Assembly: GCA_977020255.1 (NCBI GenBank)
Contig: CDROCS010001811.1
Location: 62,001-126,000 of the forward strand
Direction: 5' to 3'
Origin: Obrimoposthia wandeli
Lineage: Eukaryota
DNA length: 64,000 nucleotides
In this document: positions 60,401-64,000 of the stretch, one piece after another
Position numbering within the stretch: position 1 is the stretch's first letter
Layout of the letters: each line of letters starts with the position of its first letter
Notes under the pieces: generated by a model
Database searches by the model: none
What the model saw: the letters and a program-made list of their open reading frames with translations, nothing else
Told to the model about the DNA's origin: nothing
Made by a program: the position numbers and the translations under genes

Positions 60401-63272
60401 TGAAATACAGAGAGCTATTGATCCAGTAAGTATTAGAAGTCTGATCGAGGTGTGAACTGAGCTCATACTTAGGACCAAGCCAGGGGAATCCAACTGCTCA
60501 TGGAAGGAGATTATTCTGACTGAGGAAGACCTGACGGAAAGGATCAGCAGTCAACGACGAAAATCGGTGGGTTGTTGGAAACCAAAGTTATTTTCGTTAA
60601 AGTAATTAGTAAAGTAAAAGCCTATAAAAGTTGTATTCGTAAAGTAGAAGTTTCATCAAAGTTGTATTCGTAAAATAGGAAGCTTGTCAAAGAAGTTGTT
60701 AGAGTAATAGATTGTAAAACTTTAAGTTGGTAAATGTTAAAGCATTAACATTAAGTTGTTCAAGTACTTATAATATTGTTAATTTGTTCAATTGTAAAAT
60801 AATTCTGACATTGATAAATTGCTAAACAGCTGTTAAAGATAAAGATTGTAGAAGTTACATAACAGAACTGAGGAAGTAAAATTTCCACCCGAATTACCAG
60901 AATTTTCATAGTGTTACCATTGTTTTATTGATATATCCTATAAATTAGAAAAAATAAAGTAGTAGTAAAATAGACAGACGAACTTCGCTATAAAAAGAAA
61001 GTGTCCTACTCGCGAGTTAACTTACTAACATATAGGTTAGCCGTAAGTTAAATCACGTAGTGGTGTTCCAAGCTCTGTAAATTCAGAGTAGAATCGTTAG
61101 TGTCGTTTGGCTTAGGCTCTGTTTATTTATTTTTAAGTTTTGATTTTACAAGACCCTTTTTCCGAACTAAACTCTAAAAACAACCGGTTAACCGCCTAAG
61201 CCCACACCACACAACACTAGTTTTAGGGTCCCTTCTAGTTATCCTGGAAACAACTCCTTGTACATACCACAAAACAACATACATAAAACCTTCAGATTTG
61301 AGACTAGAACTAAGTAAAGTAAGAACAGGTAGGCCACATCCATATGTAAACCCTATCGCTATAGAACTCAAATTGGGAGCCTCCATATGAAGATCTAGTT
61401 CATTAAAAACCTATAGATTTTCATGTTCAAAAGTGAGTAGTTAATTTTTCACAGATATAGAAAACCTATAAGTAGTATTATGTCAATAAAACACTTTTTT
61501 TTTAGAATTTCCTTACGCTTACGATGGTAAAATAATAGAAAAGTAAAGAATAATTTATGTTTGGATAAATCTAAGATTAGGAATGTTTATATTGGACCAT
61601 GGCTGTGCCGAGACAGTAACTACTGCTCTTATAAAGATTATATATAAATTCAATGTATGGTTATCAATAAAAATTATAGCATGTGATACGACAAATGTAA
61701 ATTCTGGTATGAAAGCTGTAAAATTTCAGAAAATTTTGTGTCGTGGTAATGATGTTCCAATATACTTAGGGTGTTAACATCATATACTTGATAGAGTTCT
61801 ACGACTTAAAATAGACAATGTCATTCCAACAGACTCTAATTCACCGAATATGAATTATTCTTTCATAAATGAGCTCGTAAGTAATTACGAATAACTTCAA
61901 TTAAGTTATTCAACTATTGTAAATGCAGAAAATTACAGGAATATGGTTGGAAAGATGATATAAAATTCTTATACGTTTATGTGAAACATTTAAATATCAC
62001 GATAAAAGTAAATTATGGCCTGAAATTGATTGAAAATGCTTCCATCCATTCATCAAGCTCGGTATTTATGTTATTGTTGCATATTTTTAATAGAATCCTG
62101 ACAATAAATATTACAACAAATTTGGAGAATAATATGTGGGCTATGAGTAAATTTATGGTTTAGTTATCAAATATTTCAACCAGAAGCCAAAAAAGGAATT
62201 AATTTTTAAAAAATTTCAGATTTTAAAAAAGCAAAATAACGTTTACATAAACGCTGGCAATCAATACCACCTCTTTTTATTTTTCCGAAGTAATAAAATG
62301 GCAGAAAGCTCAATAAAAGATATGCAAGCTCTCATGTCAACAGGTGTCACTGACAACTATCTTTAAATTAGATTTTTACTTCTAAATTGATGTAGTTATT
62401 TACAAAATTCGTATTATTCATTTTGTTATAGTATTATCTAGATCATTGAAATCATTTAATTAAACATTAAATCATGTAGTTTTGAATATAAATAAACTTG
62501 AATTAAATTTAATCTGCGCATGAATTTTTTAAATGCTTTTAATTGCGCAGTAGCACAAAAAAAATTTCGCCTCAGTAAAAAATAGTAAAAATAATTCATA
62601 AAACCAAATTTCAGTTCAATTAAACAAACAAAATAAACATTTTGATTACATAAAAAATCTTTAAATTGACCTGTATATTTTTCTAGTTTCCCACGAGTGT
62701 TATACTCCATGTTTGAAAATGACAACAGTCTATAGTCAGATAATCAGAGCATCTTAATAAACGTAACTTAAAATTGCAGTCCATGAAGTGTAATGACAAC
62801 TCACTCTGTCATCAACCTCCACGATGCAGTCGCTTGTCATCTGGTATTTTCCGAGCGGTTTGGTGCCGGTGAGGTAGATCTGGCCATAGCGGAGGTTGAG
62901 GCTGCTAGCATTGAGAAAGTGCAGCTTTGCGATGTAGTCAATGAGTGTAGACGTCAGCACATCAACAGACACGAGTTTGCGCCTCACCTGAGCACCATAC
63001 TTGATATTGATGTTCAACAGAGCTCCCTGGCTCACCAGAGGTACAGTCACTGTCACCACATTGTTGTCTCCGAGTCGTAGGAAACTCTGCAGCGATTTGG
63101 CAGGTGCCATCTTCACTTTGCCGAACAGTAGGACAAGTTCTTCCTCGTCCTTCTTCACACCGAACTTCTGGCAGGCACAGTCCACCAATACTTGCACCAG
63201 ATCGGCTTCTTTGACCTGCACTGACAGAGTTTGCGCTTGGAATTTCAGCTGCACATCCATCGATTGAGACAT
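45240..63272 (-). CDS. Poly-ubiquitin-like gene B: exons 63272-62805, 53934-53722, 49851-49639, 48488-48261, 45476-45240; six divergent Ubl domains, 452 aa, ending GG-R
   Basis: All junctions are GT-AG and phase 0 (donors GTGAGT, GTATGT, GTGAAT, GTGAGT; acceptors TTTCAG, TTTCAG, ATTCAG, GTGCAG). Exon order is colinear with gene A. Confidence 0.8.
48261..48488 (-). CDS. Gene B exon 4: Ubl domain (228 nt)
   Basis: ATTCAG|GAT acceptor, ATG|GTGAGT donor. KLDKKDKILQYGIKNEDVI. Confidence 0.82.
49639..49851 (-). CDS. Gene B exon 3: Ubl domain (213 nt)
   Basis: TTTTCAG|GAT acceptor, AAG|GTGAAT donor. Paralog of exon 2. Confidence 0.78.
51823..53526 (-). mobile_element. Decayed Tc1-like transposon in gene B intron 2
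   Basis: ~27-bp TIRs (CAGTTGTGATAAAAAGTAAGTGTCCAC / GTGCACACTTACTCTTGATCACAATTG) with TA flanks. GRPRK, FTDEA, QDGAPPH and HSPDINIIE motifs. Confidence 0.9.
53722..53934 (-). CDS. Gene B exon 2: Ubl domain (213 nt)
   Basis: TTTCTTTCAG|GAA acceptor, GTG|GTATGT donor. ELILEVQHG...GFKHGDVLSNV. Confidence 0.82.
54290..55500 (-). pseudogene. Decayed copy of the unknown Polinton-associated gene plus downstream ORF
   Basis: ORF 54997 (FSYYLSNIHK...YLKQK) and flanks match 39760-40200 and 40960-41160 with ~700 bp missing. ORF 54320 matches 28950-29330. Confidence 0.75.
55780..56735 (+). pseudogene. Older Polinton relic: TBP-like, MCP C-terminus and protease fragments
   Basis: INLYEIAEKMTKECMFEPEFF (TBP-like); RLPQFVLI, TFILAQNFDI and GVFDSELQI (MCP); KFNGVY...GGYIINTH...EHWIAIYV...FDL...CEHLCILWL (protease). 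Confidence 0.85.
57005..58170 (-). pseudogene. Decayed pPolB C-terminal half
   Basis: IHRAISFSQ...FYKLKSKSIFG, CEIKIAAGDTDS and KIALSSND...AYGY match the intact pPolB. Confidence 0.88.
58470..59200 (-). pseudogene. Decayed Chapaev/CMC-like transposase
   Basis: VRNFLNKSKAQCYKKLVNELL, CNMSIK, PHNLGDVREDKGEVFHQDIK and NYCWKWKRD resemble the NLGxxSDEQGERFHQDI...DYCW motif. Superfamily assignment is from memory. Confidence 0.6.
59887..61415 (+). mobile_element. Second, diverged copy of the solo-LTR-like element
   Basis: Colinear similarity with 30783-32189 at both ends (e.g. AATTAAAAAATGAATAAATA..., AAAACCTTCAGATTTGAGACTAGAA). Confidence 0.75.
61583..61990 (+). pseudogene. Decayed hAT-like DDE transposase fragment
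   Basis: IIACDTTNVNSG...IYLGC*HHILDRVLR (CxxH-type motif). Confidence 0.6.
62805..63272 (-). CDS. Gene B exon 1: two tandem Ubl domains
   Basis: Paralogous to 34580-35032 (KSL...L..GD/NN..V.V..LV..G..LNI; LRYGQ...KPL..Y). Donor AGA|GTGAGT. Confidence 0.82.
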
Positions 63273-64000
63273 GTTTCAGGGCTTACAGTTTATTACTAAG
63301 AATTTGAAATTAATTATGATTGGATATCTATTTTTAGATTAATAAATCGATTGTTTTAGCATTCAAATCTCAATTTAATTTAATTTTATTTTTTAAACTT
63401 TAATAACATAATCATTAACATTTTAAGATGTTTATTTTGAGGTCTACAAAATTATATCGATTTTAGTGTAAAAATTTAATTTTTGCGGAATTTTCATCTT
63501 ACAAGTGATTATTTTCTTTGTAAACCTGGAGCTGAAAACCTGTGATCCGGTTATGGCACAACAACTAGCAGGCATTTACAGTATGGTGTCTCTAACGTGC
63601 CAATGACTACAGCATCATTTAGGACGGCGTCTGCAAACACTCGAATATCGATTTCTGTTCAGACCTCAAGATTGTTGACGATTGCATGTTTCCTTTCGCC
63701 CTTCATCAAAAAGCACAAGATGCCTAAAGAGCAGTGCTGAAACGAAACCCAGTAAGAACCCGCGAATATCCGATCTCGTCTTCGGGGTTGTTTGATTAAT
63801 TGATACATTATATTTTGAATAACAAGCTATTGTAAACTATTTGGAATAATGACCACTTTATGTTGATAAAGATGTGAATTATATCTTGAATTGCATTTTG
63901 AATTATTGTACTACTTTTTGTTAATTTTTTACGCTTTAACTTTAGTAGTTGTATACCGTAATCCTATAAATATTCTATAACTTTTTTTAAATGGACTTAT

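Noticed and set aside
16274-63272. Treating each Ubl ORF in the track as a separate single-exon gene
   Set aside because: Most start at non-ATG or non-conserved codons, and their similarity stops exactly at phase-0 splice sites. Exon lengths match across the two genes (213, 228, 237 nt).
1-63272. Functional coupling between the Polinton proteases and the poly-Ubl cluster
   Set aside because: Co-location alone is not evidence in such a repeat-dense region. Mentioned only as speculation.
63540-63790. GC-richer block upstream of gene B as an extra exon
   Set aside because: No stop-free frame bounded by good splice sites, and no Ubl pattern on either strand.
1-64000. Assigning a host species from AT content and ~40-nt introns
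   Set aside because: Compatible with several invertebrate lineages; no diagnostic gene is present.

Overview
AT-rich eukaryotic (probably invertebrate) genomic DNA with spliceosomal introns and dense repeats; the host species cannot be identified from this window. (1) 1-13114 is a nearly full-length Maverick/Polinton (left TIR cut by the window edge). It encodes pPolB, integrase, packaging ATPase, major and minor capsid proteins and protease, plus accessory genes including a spliced two-repeat TBP-like protein and an unknown gene. Several virion genes carry single lesions. (2) The only host-like genes are the many short ubiquitin-like ORFs. Read by hand, they are phase-0 exons of two convergent paralogous genes, each encoding a chain of divergent Ubl domains that ends in Gly-Gly: gene A (+, 34580-39343, 4 exons, 5 Ubl domains, 384 aa) and gene B (-, 63272-45240, 5 exons, 6 Ubl domains, 452 aa). 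The last exon of a third paralog lies at 16262-16498. This poly-Ubl family is the most novel-looking system here. (3) 17.5-25.4 kb is a Gypsy-type gag plus a viral-glycoprotein-like env with no pol and an internal ~667-bp tandem amplification. (4) There are older Polinton relics (27.7-29.3 kb, 39.8-41.1 kb, 54.3-58.2 kb), two related solo-LTR-like elements, and decayed pogo/Tigger, Tc1, hAT, Chapaev-like and Gypsy pol fragments. All homology calls come from motif recognition by eye; no database searches were run.
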